A stretch of DNA of 64,000 bases from Verrucomicrobiota bacterium (GTDB taxonomy: Bacteria; Verrucomicrobiota; Verrucomicrobiia; Limisphaerales; CANJXF01). The stretch is from assembly GCA_043775015.1 (NCBI GenBank), contig JAYVSV010000003.1, forward strand, positions 3,930-67,929, in the 5' to 3' direction. The notes under the pieces were generated by a model, which worked only from the letters and a program-made list of their open reading frames with translations, made no database searches and was not told where the DNA came from. Positions 9,615 to 19,132 of the stretch are shown here, one piece after another. The position numbers were made by a program, and so were the translations under genes. Each line of letters begins with the position of its first letter. The stretch's first letter is position 1.

Positions 9615-11945
9615 ATGAAAAATAAAGATTTATTGATCGCGGCTCCGTTGGCTCTTTTCCTTTCTGCCGCTTCCTTGATTGCAGCGCCGGCGCACGGCTG
9701 GCTCAGTTGGCGCGGGCCGCAACAGAATGGGATGTCGTTGGAAAAAAATCTTCCGGACAAGATCGACGTGAACAAACCGTTGTGGGTCGCTGATTTTCCC
9801 GGTCAATCCACGCCGGTCATCGCCAACGGCAAAGTTTACATCATGGGTTATCTCGGAAGCGGCCCGGATTTGCAGGAAGGAGTCGCCTGTTTCGATGCCG
9901 AGACTGGAAAAAAACTTTGGGAAAAGCGCTACAACGATTTTCTGAGCGACACGATTTATCTGCGCTACGCGACATCGAGTCCGGCGGTTGATCCTGAAAC
10001 GGGCAATGTTTATATGCAAGGCACGCAGGGAATTTTGGCCGCGCTGACCAGCGACGGGAAATTGCTCTGGCAACATTCGCTGATGGAAGAATTTGGCCGT
10101 CTCACTTTTCCCAACAGCCGCACGGCTTCACCGGTAATCGACGGCGATCTCGTCATCACTCGTGGCATCACGGCCAACTGGGGCGCGCAAGGTCCGGCGG
10201 GCGATCGTTTTTATGCCTTCGATAAAAAGACGGGCCAACTCGTCTGGTCGTCCACTCCCGGCGGGCCGCCCAAGGACAATTCATTTTCCCATCCCTACTT
10301 GACGTTCCTCGGCGGCAAACGCGTTTTCTATTCCGCCACCGGCGATGGCAGTGTCGTTTGCGTCAATGCGCGGACCGGCGAACCGATCTGGCGCGTCCCG
10401 ATTTTTAAAGCCGGCATCAACGCGACGTTGCTTGTTCATAATGACGACAAAATCATCGCGATTTACGGGACGCCTTATGAACCGGGGCAAATGGTTGCGC
10501 TGAAAATTCCCAGCGTCACCCCGACAAACGCAGCGAGTGCGCCGGTCGTCGTCGAGCGCGCTTCAGCGCAACTTTGGGCGAACGAACTTTCCACCTCCGC
10601 GAGTTCGCCCATTTTGGTCGGCGATAAAATTTATGTCGTGACGGAAAAGGGCGATCTCAACTCGGTGGATGCGAATACCGGGAAAATTCTCTGGCACATG
10701 AAAATCGGAATCGAGCAACGCAACGCCGCGTTGACCTTCGCCGATGGAAAACTTTACGTGCCGATGCTCGACGATCCCGCGACGAAAACCGGCGGTGGCG
10801 AAGCAGGAACAACCGGTGCGTTTTACATCATTCAACCGGGCGACACGGAGGGAAAAATCCTGGCGCATGTCGCGTTGGACGGACGCTGTTTCGGAACACC
10901 GACGGCTTACAATGGAAAAGTTTATGTGCAAACCACGCGCCATCTTTATGCGTTCGGAAAAAAGGGAGACAACTCTGGTTTGCCTGCCGAACCCACTGTT
11001 GAAAAATGGCCGACCGCAGGACCCGCCCAGCAACTCCAGATTATTCCTTCTGAAGTCTTGATGCGTCCTACACAAACGGAGTCGTTCCGCGTTCGCTCAC
11101 TCGATGCCAACGGATTTCTCGTTCAGGAAATCAAAGATGTGCAATCTGTGAAATGGGCTTCGTTCATCCCGCCAACCGCGAAAGTGAAATCGACCATGAA
11201 CGCGACTTTCAACACGAACGGCGAACTCGTAGCCGCGACCAACTCCACTCCGTCCGCTGGCGCATTCGAAGCGACCGTTGGCAATTTGAAGGGTTACATT
11301 CGCGGTCGCATTTTGCCTTACCTGCCGATCAAACAGGACTTTGAATGGGCGAACCTTTCTGAAACCACCACCAACGAGGTCGAGGAGCCAACGAAGTTTG
11401 CCTACCCGCCGCTGCCGTGGATTGGCGCGCGTTTCAAATTTGAAATTCGCGACAAGGATGGAACCAAAGCACTAACCAAAACGATCGACAACACCTTTTT
11501 CCAACGCGGCACCGTTTTTCTCGGTGAACCGAATACAAAAAATTACACGATTGAAGCCGACGTGATGAGCGAAGGAAACAAACGCAAAATGTCCGACGTC
11601 GGCATCATCTGTCAGCGCTATTTGATCGTGATGAAAGGGAACGAGCAGAAGCTTGAAATCAATTCCAACCTCGAACGGTTGCGGGTTCCCGCCGCCGAGG
11701 AACCGCCGAATTTTCCCTGGGCGGCCAACGTCTGGTATCACTTGAAAGCGCGCGTGGACACAGCCAAAGACGGCTCGGGCGTGGTTCGCGCAAAAGCTTG
11801 GAAACGCGGCGAACCGGAGCCGGAGAAGTGGTCGGCAGAAGTCGCGCACAAAACCGCGCACCAAAACGGTTCGCCCGGCCTGTTTGGATTTTCTCCGCAA
11901 AAAATGCGGGTGTTTATTGATAATGTTACCGTGACAGCAAATTAA
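9615..11945 (+). CDS. secreted PQQ-like (BamB-type) beta-propeller protein with C-terminal ConA-like/DUF1080-like domain
   Basis: ATG 9615 follows AAAAGG and gives a signal peptide. WLSWRGPQQNG and repeated G-K-[IVL]-Y / DG-x-L-W blades. C-terminal jelly-roll-like segment. Confidence 0.7.
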   Translation: MKNKDLLIAAPLALFLSAASLIAAPAHGWLSWRGPQQNGMSLEKNLPDKIDVNKPLWVADFPGQSTPVIANGKVYIMGYLGSGPDLQEGVACFDAETGKKLWEKRYNDFLSDTIYLRYATSSPAVDPETGNVYMQGTQGILAALTSDGKLLWQHSLMEEFGRLTFPNSRTASPVIDGDLVITRGITANWGAQGPAGDRFYAFDKKTGQLVWSSTPGGPPKDNSFSHPYLTFLGGKRVFYSATGDGSVVCVNARTGEPIWRVPIFKAGINATLLVHNDDKIIAIYGTPYEPGQMVALKIPSVTPTNAASAPVVVERASAQLWANELSTSASSPILVGDKIYVVTEKGDLNSVDANTGKILWHMKIGIEQRNAALTFADGKLYVPMLDDPATKTGGGEAGTTGAFYIIQPGDTEGKILAHVALDGRCFGTPTAYNGKVYVQTTRHLYAFGKKGDNSGLPAEPTVEKWPTAGPAQQLQIIPSEVLMRPTQTESFRVRSLDANGFLVQEIKDVQSVKWASFIPPTAKVKSTMNATFNTNGELVAATNSTPSAGAFEATVGNLKGYIRGRILPYLPIKQDFEWANLSETTTNEVEEPTKFAYPPLPWIGARFKFEIRDKDGTKALTKTIDNTFFQRGTVFLGEPNTKNYTIEADVMSEGNKRKMSDVGIICQRYLIVMKGNEQKLEINSNLERLRVPAAEEPPNFPWAANVWYHLKARVDTAKDGSGVVRAKAWKRGEPEPEKWSAEVAHKTAHQNGSPGLFGFSPQKMRVFIDNVTVTAN

Positions 11946-11969
11946 TTTCTTAATCCTAATCTTAATCCC

Positions 11970-12362
11970 ATGCCCTCCCGTTTCGATCACGAAAAGTTGA
12001 ACGTTTACCAACGTTCGCTTCAATTCGTTGTCGTAGTCGCTGGGTTGCTGGATAGAATTCCGGTCAAGCACTCCGCTCCTGACCAGATCGAAAGAGCTTC
12101 AACCTTGATTGCGTTGAATATCGCGGAAGGAAACGGACGTTACAGTCCGGCAGATCGTTGCCGGTTCTTTGATATGGCGCGAGGCTCGGCTCTTGAATGC
12201 GCGGCGGTTCTGGATGTGTTGGTCGCACGAAAGATTTTGACGGAAAAAGAAGTTGAGACTGGAAAAGCAATTCTACTCGAGATCGTTAATATGCTCGTCG
12301 GTTTGATTCGCAGGAATTCCGAGAGCCGACTGCACGAAGAAGAAATTTCCTGCAAAGTTTGA
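11970..12362 (+). CDS. four-helix-bundle protein (23S rRNA intervening-sequence protein family)
   Basis: KLNVYQRSLQF...ALNIAEGNGRYSPADRCRFFDMARGSALECAAVLDVL is the family signature. Confidence 0.85.
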   Translation: MPSRFDHEKLNVYQRSLQFVVVVAGLLDRIPVKHSAPDQIERASTLIALNIAEGNGRYSPADRCRFFDMARGSALECAAVLDVLVARKILTEKEVETGKAILLEIVNMLVGLIRRNSESRLHEEEISCKV

Positions 12363-12391
12363 TAAAAATTTTAGATCAAAGGATTAAGATT

Positions 12392-14014
12392 ATGATGAAG
12401 ATGATTAAGACTCACAAATGGCAGGCGCTCACCGCCGGAATCGTGTTCGGTTTCGGCGCGGTCAACCTTTCTATTGCCGTCGATTGGCCGCAGTGGGGTG
12501 GCAAACAGGAACGCAACATGTATTCGCCGGCCAAGGGTTTGCCCAGCCAGTTCGATCCGGGAAAGCCAAAATCCGGCACGGAAGAAATCGATCTGGCCAC
12601 GACGAAAAACGTGAGGTGGGCCGTGAAAGTCGGTTCGCAAAGTTACGGCAACGTCACGGTCGCGGGTGGTAAAATTTTCATCGGCACCAACAATGAAAAT
12701 CCGCGTGACCCGAAACATCAGGGCGACCGCAGTATTCTCATGTGCTTCGACGAGAAGACCGGAGAATTTCTCTGGCAACTCGTCGTGCCCAAACTCGCTT
12801 CCGGCAAAGTCAACGACTGGGAAAATCTCGGGCTGCTCTCCTCGCCGACCGTTGAGGGCAACCGCGTTTACATCGTGACCAGCCGTTGCGAAGTCATGTG
12901 TCTGGACGTCGATGGAATGAAAAACGGCAACGACGGCCCGTTCAAAGATGAAGGGCAATACGTCGTCGGCCCGGGCAAACCGAAAGTGGAAACAGGCCCG
13001 CGCGACGCCGACATCATTTGGAAATACGACATGATGGATGAGCTTGGTGTTTTCCCGCACAACGCTTCCAATTGCTCAGTGCTAATCGTCGATGATATTG
13101 CTTACGCCTGCACCTCGAACGGCCAGGATTGGACGCACTCAAATATTCCCTCGCCGAACTCGCCCAGCTTTATTGCGCTAAATAAAAACACCGGCGCATT
13201 GCTTGGTGAAGACGATGCGAAAATTGGGCCGCGTATTTTTCACGGCCAATGGAGTTCGCCTTCCACCGGAAAGATCAATGGCAAACCGCTCGTGTTTTTC
13301 GGCGGCGGCGACGGATTTTGTTACGCGTTCGATGCAAAACCGGTCAAGGAAGGCGACACGAGTTTCCTCAAAAAAGTCTGGTGGGTCGATTGCAATCCGC
13401 CGGAATACAAGAAAACCAAAGAAGGCGAAACGATCAAATATCCCGCTGCGGAAGGCCCGAGCGAAGTGAATTCAACTCCGGTGTTTTACAAAAATCGCGT
13501 GTACGTGGCGACGGGGCAGGACCCGGAACACGGCGAAGGTGTGGGACGATTGCTCTGTTTGGATGCAACCAAAACGGGTGACATCACGAAGACCGGAATC
13601 ATCTGGGATTACAAAAAAATTCACCGCAGCATTTCCACGGTGTCGATTGATCCTGAAACCGGCCTTTTGTTCGTCGGCGATTTTTCCGGATTTCTCCACT
13701 GCCTCGATGCCGAAACGGGAAAAGTATATTGGACGCACGACATGAAAGCGCACATGTGGGGTTCAACCTTGGTCGCCGATGGAAAAGTTTATGCCGGTGA
13801 TGAGGATGGCGATTTCGTGGTGCTTGCCGCGACGAAGGAGAAAAAAGTTCTCAGCGAAACAAACATGGGCGCGCCGGTTTATTCCACCCCCGTTGTTGCC
13901 AACGGAAATATTTACATCGCCAGCAACACGCATCTCTATGCGCTTGGAAATTCAGCCAAACCGGTCAACGCAGACCAGGCTCCAAAAGTTGATTTGGATT
14001 TGAAAAAACCGTAA
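12392..14014 (+). CDS. secreted PQQ-like beta-propeller protein
   Basis: Signal/TM at the N-terminus. DWPQWGG motif and repeated GK[IV]Y[IVA] blade motifs. Confidence 0.7.
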   Translation: MMKMIKTHKWQALTAGIVFGFGAVNLSIAVDWPQWGGKQERNMYSPAKGLPSQFDPGKPKSGTEEIDLATTKNVRWAVKVGSQSYGNVTVAGGKIFIGTNNENPRDPKHQGDRSILMCFDEKTGEFLWQLVVPKLASGKVNDWENLGLLSSPTVEGNRVYIVTSRCEVMCLDVDGMKNGNDGPFKDEGQYVVGPGKPKVETGPRDADIIWKYDMMDELGVFPHNASNCSVLIVDDIAYACTSNGQDWTHSNIPSPNSPSFIALNKNTGALLGEDDAKIGPRIFHGQWSSPSTGKINGKPLVFFGGGDGFCYAFDAKPVKEGDTSFLKKVWWVDCNPPEYKKTKEGETIKYPAAEGPSEVNSTPVFYKNRVYVATGQDPEHGEGVGRLLCLDATKTGDITKTGIIWDYKKIHRSISTVSIDPETGLLFVGDFSGFLHCLDAETGKVYWTHDMKAHMWGSTLVADGKVYAGDEDGDFVVLAATKEKKVLSETNMGAPVYSTPVVANGNIYIASNTHLYALGNSAKPVNADQAPKVDLDLKKP

Positions 14015-14035
14015 TCGTTCGCTCAAAATAAAACC

Positions 14036-15742
14036 ATGCCATCGCTGCCTCGATTAACCCGTACACAATGGCTCATCTGCATTATCGCGGCCATCGGATT
14101 TTTATTCGATACCTACGAGCTTCTGATGACGCCGCTCGTTGGGGTTCCCGCGATTGCTGAATTGCTGCAAGTGCCGCCGAACAATCCGCTCGTGACCGAG
14201 TGGATGGGAAAAATGCTTTGGATGAGCGCGCTGTGTGGAGGCGTGTTTGGTTTGCTCGGCGGTTGGCTGATTGATCGTTTCGGTCGCAAACGCATCATGG
14301 CGTTGAGCATTTTTGTTTATTCACTTTCGCCGGTTGCGGCTGCGTTGAGCACCACGTTGCCCATGTTTATTTTTTTTCGTTGCACGACTTTTATCGGCGT
14401 CTGCGTCGAGTTCGTCGCGGCGATTACCTGGCTGGCGGAATTGTTTCCTGATCCGCGCCGCAGGAAAATTATTCTCGGAACCACACAGGCATTCGCTTCG
14501 TTAGGCGGCATTCTAGTTACTTTGGTGAGTGCCTGGATCGTTGCGAACGCCAACTCCCTCCCTGCCCTGCATCTGCCGGAAATTTTCAACGCTCACGCAA
14601 CCTGGCGCTACACCCTTTTTACGGGATTACTTCCCGCGATTCCAATTGCGTTGCTGTTGCCGTTCGTTCCTGAATCGCAAATCTGGCGAGAGAGGCGCGA
14701 AGCCGGAACTTTGAAGCGTCCCAGTTTTGGAGAATTGTTTTCGCCAGCATTGCGTCGCGCCACCATCGTCACGGCGCTGCTTTCGGCCTGCGCGTATGCT
14801 GCAGCTTTCGGCGCGTTGCAATTAACTCCGTTGCGCATCGCGCCCGGTTTGCCGGAACTTGCTGAACAACGCAAAGGGCTGAAGCCGTTGCAAGACGAGG
14901 CAAAAAATCTGAACCAACAACTCACTGCGGCGATGCCCGCGTTCGAGCAAGCGACCAAAGAAATTCCCGGACTGGCTGAAGTCGCCGCGCAACGAGCCAA
15001 AACGCGCATCGCGATGCGCACTCCGAAAAAGATGGTCGATGATCCTGCTGCAACTGATTCCCAAAAGGCTGCTGCCAAAATACAACTCGCGTCGCTCTCC
15101 ACTCGCATCGGCCAACTCGACACGAACCTGACGCAACTGACCGTCGAGAAACCCGAAGCAAAACAAGCCATCATTGCCCGCGAGAAAATTTTGAAACAGC
15201 TCGGTGACAATCGCGAGCTACAAGAACCGCTCGACCGAAAAATCAAGGAGGTCGGCAACAAGATGCAAGGCTTCCAGGAAACAGGTGGATTGATTGGTCG
15301 CATTTCGCTTGCGATTCTGCTGCTTGTCGCAATTTCGCATCGTGCCTTGCTCCGCATTTTTATCGTGCCCGGACTGTTGATGTTTCCCGTCACGTATTGG
15401 ATGCTTTACCACACCTCCGCGCCGGCCATGCAGTGGGGAATTTTCTTTTGCGGGCTACTGGTCGTAGCCCAATTCAGTTACTTCGGCGAATATTTGCCCA
15501 AAATTTTCCCGCTGCATTTGCGCGGGACGGGCGGGAGTTTTGCGACGAACGTGGGCGGTCGAATGATTGGAACGTCCGCCGCATTTCTAACCACCAACCT
15601 GCTCGCTCCGAAAATGAATGCGACTCTGACCTTCGACCAGATCGCAATGGCAGCCGGAATTGTTGGGACGACTGTTTTCGTCCTCGCGCTGATTTTAAGT
15701 TTCTTTCTGCCCGAACCAAAAGTGGAACCTTCAGAGCAGTAA
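14036..15742 (+). CDS. MFS transporter with ~150-aa helical insertion between predicted TM7 and TM8
   Basis: GWLIDRFGRKRIM (MFS motif A), about 12 hydrophobic segments, and a hydrophilic heptad-like block at residues ~266-416. Confidence 0.75.
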   Translation: MPSLPRLTRTQWLICIIAAIGFLFDTYELLMTPLVGVPAIAELLQVPPNNPLVTEWMGKMLWMSALCGGVFGLLGGWLIDRFGRKRIMALSIFVYSLSPVAAALSTTLPMFIFFRCTTFIGVCVEFVAAITWLAELFPDPRRRKIILGTTQAFASLGGILVTLVSAWIVANANSLPALHLPEIFNAHATWRYTLFTGLLPAIPIALLLPFVPESQIWRERREAGTLKRPSFGELFSPALRRATIVTALLSACAYAAAFGALQLTPLRIAPGLPELAEQRKGLKPLQDEAKNLNQQLTAAMPAFEQATKEIPGLAEVAAQRAKTRIAMRTPKKMVDDPAATDSQKAAAKIQLASLSTRIGQLDTNLTQLTVEKPEAKQAIIAREKILKQLGDNRELQEPLDRKIKEVGNKMQGFQETGGLIGRISLAILLLVAISHRALLRIFIVPGLLMFPVTYWMLYHTSAPAMQWGIFFCGLLVVAQFSYFGEYLPKIFPLHLRGTGGSFATNVGGRMIGTSAAFLTTNLLAPKMNATLTFDQIAMAAGIVGTTVFVLALILSFFLPEPKVEPSEQ

Positions 15743-15746
15743 TACC

Positions 15747-16814
15747 ATGACTCAACTCACCTCCGACCAAGCCAGACAACAACTCGAAACGCACCTTCGC
15801 GAAACCATCGAATGGCATTTTTCACCGGAAACGGGCTGCCCCTTCTGGCTCGATTGGGCGAAGAAAAATTTCGATCCGCGCAAAGAAATTCAATCATTCG
15901 CGGACATGCAAAAGTTTCCGCACTTCGCCGATGAATCATTGCGCGACATGCAACCGGAAGTCTGGGTCCCAGCGCAGTTCAAAGGTAAGCCGTTCAGCAT
16001 TTTTGAAACCGGCGGCACAACCGGCATGCCCAAGCAACGGATTGGCTGGAATGATTACAAAGTTGATTACTCCGAGTTCAGCGAAAAAATTTCCGACGAA
16101 CATTTTCCGCGCAATCATTACTGGTTGATGATGGGGCCAACTGGACCACGCCGCCTGCGCCTGGCCATCGAACATCTTGCGAATGTTCGTGGTAGCTCCT
16201 GCTATTTCATCGACCTCGATCCGCGCTGGGTAAAAAAGCTCATCACCAACAAACACTTCGACCAGGCCCGTGCCTACATGGACCACGTTGTGGACCAGGC
16301 CGTGACTATTTTGAAAAACCGCAAGGTGAGCGGACTTTTTACAACGCCAAAACTTCTTGAGGCGCTCGCAGAAAAAATCGACTTGTGGGACGCTGGTATC
16401 CGTGGCGTTTTTTGTGGCGGAACAACGATGGCTCCGCAATACGTGCGATTCATCGTCGAAGAAGTTTTGGAAGGCCGCATCGGCTTTTATCCAACCTACG
16501 GCAATACGCTGATGGGACTCGCAGCGAGTGTTCCGCTGAAACCTGATGACAATTTCTCCATCACTTACTACGCGCCGCAACCTCGCGCCGTTTTGCGCGT
16601 CGTCGATCCGAACAACACCACGCAATTAAAAAATTATGGTGAATGGGGCCGCGTCGAACTCACCACACTGACCAAGGAATTTTTCATGCCGCGCTTTCTC
16701 GAACGCGACGAAGCCATCCGCCGCGAACCGCGCGCGCCTTACGCCTGGGATGGCGTTGCCGAAGTCCGTCCGTTCGGGGCGATGGAGAAAAATATTGTTG
16801 AAGGGGTTTATTAA
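15747..16814 (+). CDS. LuxE/PaaK-like adenylate-forming enzyme (acyl-protein synthetase-like)
   Basis: ETGGTTGMPK P-loop-like adenylation motif. The 355-aa length matches the LuxE/F390-synthetase-like class. Adjacent to a LuxC-like reductase. Confidence 0.55.
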   Translation: MTQLTSDQARQQLETHLRETIEWHFSPETGCPFWLDWAKKNFDPRKEIQSFADMQKFPHFADESLRDMQPEVWVPAQFKGKPFSIFETGGTTGMPKQRIGWNDYKVDYSEFSEKISDEHFPRNHYWLMMGPTGPRRLRLAIEHLANVRGSSCYFIDLDPRWVKKLITNKHFDQARAYMDHVVDQAVTILKNRKVSGLFTTPKLLEALAEKIDLWDAGIRGVFCGGTTMAPQYVRFIVEEVLEGRIGFYPTYGNTLMGLAASVPLKPDDNFSITYYAPQPRAVLRVVDPNNTTQLKNYGEWGRVELTTLTKEFFMPRFLERDEAIRREPRAPYAWDGVAEVRPFGAMEKNIVEGVY

Positions 16815-16826
16815 ACTGCGATCCGT

Positions 16827-16863
16827 TTGACATCTTTTCGTTTCTGGACAAATATCTGTCCAG
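16827..16863 (+). promoter_or_regulatory. candidate yefM-yoeB promoter/operator
   Basis: TTGACA at 16827-16832. Inverted repeat CTGGACA (16844-16850) / TGTCCAG (16857-16863) lies directly upstream of ATG 16866. Confidence 0.3.
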
Positions 16864-16865
16864 AT

Positions 16866-17123
16866 ATGAGTACCATCAGCTACACGACGGCACGCGAGAA
16901 TTTAGCCCGGACGATGGACCGCGTTTGTGACGATCGCGAGCCCGTGGTCATCACCCGCCAGAAACAACGTTCCGTCGTCATGCTTTCGCTGGAAGATTAT
17001 GAGTCATTGTCTGAAACGGCTTATCTGCTCAAAAGCCGCGCCAACGCACGCCGACTGCTCGCGGCCGCAAAGCAGTTGGAGGCCAGCAAAGGTAAATCCC
17101 GCAAGGTCAACCTCGAAGCATGA
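16866..17123 (+). CDS. yefM: Phd/YefM family antitoxin
   Basis: MSTISYTTARENLARTMDRVCDDREPVVITR... Overlaps the toxin gene by 4 nt (ATGA). Confidence 0.85.
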   Translation: MSTISYTTARENLARTMDRVCDDREPVVITRQKQRSVVMLSLEDYESLSETAYLLKSRANARRLLAAAKQLEASKGKSRKVNLEA

Positions 17124-17374
17124 ATCTGATTTTTTCGGATCAGGCCTGGGAAGATTATCAATATTGGCAGGAGACGGACAAAAAAATGATTAGGCGGATT
17201 CACGAATTACTTAAAGACATCCGGCGTAATCCGCACTCCGGTATAGGCAAACCTGAACCGCTGCGCCACGCCCTGGCTGGTTTTTGGTCGCGACGAATTG
17301 ACCAGGAGCATCGCCTGGTCTATCGCTTCACTGAGCAAGTAATTTTGCTGGCGCAAATGCGGTATCATTATTAA
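17120..17374 (+). CDS. yoeB: Txe/YoeB family toxin
   Basis: 84 aa with AWEDYQYW...GIGKPEPL...WSRRIDQEHRLVY...RYHY. Confidence 0.9.
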   Translation: MNLIFSDQAWEDYQYWQETDKKMIRRIHELLKDIRRNPHSGIGKPEPLRHALAGFWSRRIDQEHRLVYRFTEQVILLAQMRYHY

Positions 17375-17385
17375 TTCAAACCATC

Positions 17386-18822
17386 ATGACTCAACTCCCT
17401 CACATTCCCGTTCTCCGTCGCGGCAAAGCCTACGAAAGCCTCGACAAGATAAATATCACGAATCATCGCACCGGCGAAACGATGGCACAAGTCAGCACCG
17501 TCAACGCGGGAATTATTCGCAAAGATTTGCAACGGATCGGTGAATCTCGCGCGGCGGTGAAGAAGTTTTCCGTCGCGCAGCTCATCGAGATTTCGGCCAA
17601 GGCGGGCGATCTTTTCCTGAATGGCACCCTGCCCTTTGGCGACAAGGGCCACACGCAATCACCACAGGAATATATTGAGACGCTTTCGTCCACGAGCGGG
17701 CTGCCGCATGTGATGGTCCGGCGCAACATGCAGAAGGTTCATCACGCGCTGACGAATTTGAAAACGGTTTTGAATGGTTTGACGCGCGGGCTGGATCTCT
17801 CGATCCTCGACAGCGGTTTTGGCGAGCAGTTTGGGACAAAGCTCAGTTTCTTTCCCACCACGCAAGCGCTCGGCCTCGTCATGCCGAGCAATTCACCCGC
17901 AGTCAATTCACTCTGGCTTCCGGCGATTGCGCTGAAAATTCCGGTCATCATCAAACCGGGAAAAGAAGAGCCGTGGACGCCGTATCGTTTGATTCAGGCA
18001 TTCATCGCGGCAGGTTGCCCAGCGGAGGCGTTTGGATTTTATCCGACTGATCATGAAGGCGCGGGTGAAATTTTAAAAAGCTGCGGACGCGCTCTGATTT
18101 TCGGCGACAAAAATACGACAGCACAATATGCGAGCAATCCGGCGATCCAGGTTCATGGCCCGGGCTGGAGCAAGATTCTCATCGGCGACGATTGCATTGA
18201 AAATTGGCGCGACTATTTGGACGTGATGGTTTCATCCATATCCGACAACGGCGGGCGCAGTTGCATCAACGCTTCGGCCATCGTGGTTCCAAAATACGCG
18301 GCAGAGATTGCGGATGCATTGGCGCAAAAACTTGGGCCGATTCAACCGACAAAACCGGATGATGAAAATGCGAAACTCTCCGGCTTTGCGAATGTGAAAA
18401 TGGCGGAGTTCATCGAGGCGCAAATTGAGGATGGATTGAAAACTTCAGGCGCGACTGACGCGACGGCGAAATATCGCAACGGCTCGCGCAAGATCGAATT
18501 CGACGGTGGAACCTACATGCGGCCAACCATCGTGTTGTGCGACTCGTTTGCTCACCCGCTGTCCAACAAGGAATTTCTTTGTCCCTACGCCAGCGTCGTT
18601 CAAATTCCGCAAGCCGAGATGCTGAAACAAATTGGTTACTCTCTCGCGGTCACCGCGATTACGAAGGACAAGAATTTTATCGAACAACTGACGGAGTTTC
18701 CACACATCGAGCGATTGAACATCGGCCCGATTTCCACGATGAAAATTTCCTGGGATCAACCGCACGAGGGCAACATGTTCGAGTTTCTCTACAAACGGCG
18801 AAGTATCGAACGCGCAAGTTGA
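17386..18822 (+). CDS. LuxC-like / acylating aldehyde dehydrogenase-family reductase
   Basis: ALDH fold with catalytic Cys context NGGRSCINASAIVV. HGPGWS replaces the ELGGKS general-base motif, as in acylating/acyl-CoA-reductase-type ALDHs. Confidence 0.65.
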   Translation: MTQLPHIPVLRRGKAYESLDKINITNHRTGETMAQVSTVNAGIIRKDLQRIGESRAAVKKFSVAQLIEISAKAGDLFLNGTLPFGDKGHTQSPQEYIETLSSTSGLPHVMVRRNMQKVHHALTNLKTVLNGLTRGLDLSILDSGFGEQFGTKLSFFPTTQALGLVMPSNSPAVNSLWLPAIALKIPVIIKPGKEEPWTPYRLIQAFIAAGCPAEAFGFYPTDHEGAGEILKSCGRALIFGDKNTTAQYASNPAIQVHGPGWSKILIGDDCIENWRDYLDVMVSSISDNGGRSCINASAIVVPKYAAEIADALAQKLGPIQPTKPDDENAKLSGFANVKMAEFIEAQIEDGLKTSGATDATAKYRNGSRKIEFDGGTYMRPTIVLCDSFAHPLSNKEFLCPYASVVQIPQAEMLKQIGYSLAVTAITKDKNFIEQLTEFPHIERLNIGPISTMKISWDQPHEGNMFEFLYKRRSIERAS

Positions 18823-18895
18823 ACCATGTGTTCATGAATGCGATGGAGAATTACAGCGCGTGACACTAGCGTCAAATCTGCTAAGGTAAAACCAG

Positions 18896-19132
18896 ATGAA
18901 AACAGTGCCGACATATAATTTTCCTCAGGACGTTCCCATCTGGGTTGACGCGGAACGATTGAGCGGCGCACCCTGTTTCAAAGGCACGCGCGTGCCGGTG
19001 GACAGCCTTTTCAAAAATCTGGAAAGCGGCCTTAGCCTCGACGAATACCTGGATTGTTTTCCCGACGTGACGCGTGAACAAGCCGTTGCCGTTTTAGAAT
19101 ACGCCCACAAGGCGGCGCTTCAAGCTGCATGA
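18896..19132 (+). CDS. DUF433 domain protein (antitoxin-like)
   Basis: LSGAPCFKGTRVPVDSLFKNLESGLSLDEYLDCFPDVTREQAVAVLEY. Confidence 0.8.
   Translation: MKTVPTYNFPQDVPIWVDAERLSGAPCFKGTRVPVDSLFKNLESGLSLDEYLDCFPDVTREQAVAVLEYAHKAALQAA

Noticed and set aside
15747-17403. Identical 12-nt starts (ATGACTCAACTC, MTQL) of the LuxE-like and LuxC-like genes as a possible fourth flanking duplication around yefM-yoeB
   Set aside because: Only 12 identical nt, and they bracket a whole 1-kb gene plus the TA pair rather than the cassette alone. This is too short to distinguish from chance or shared translation-initiation context.
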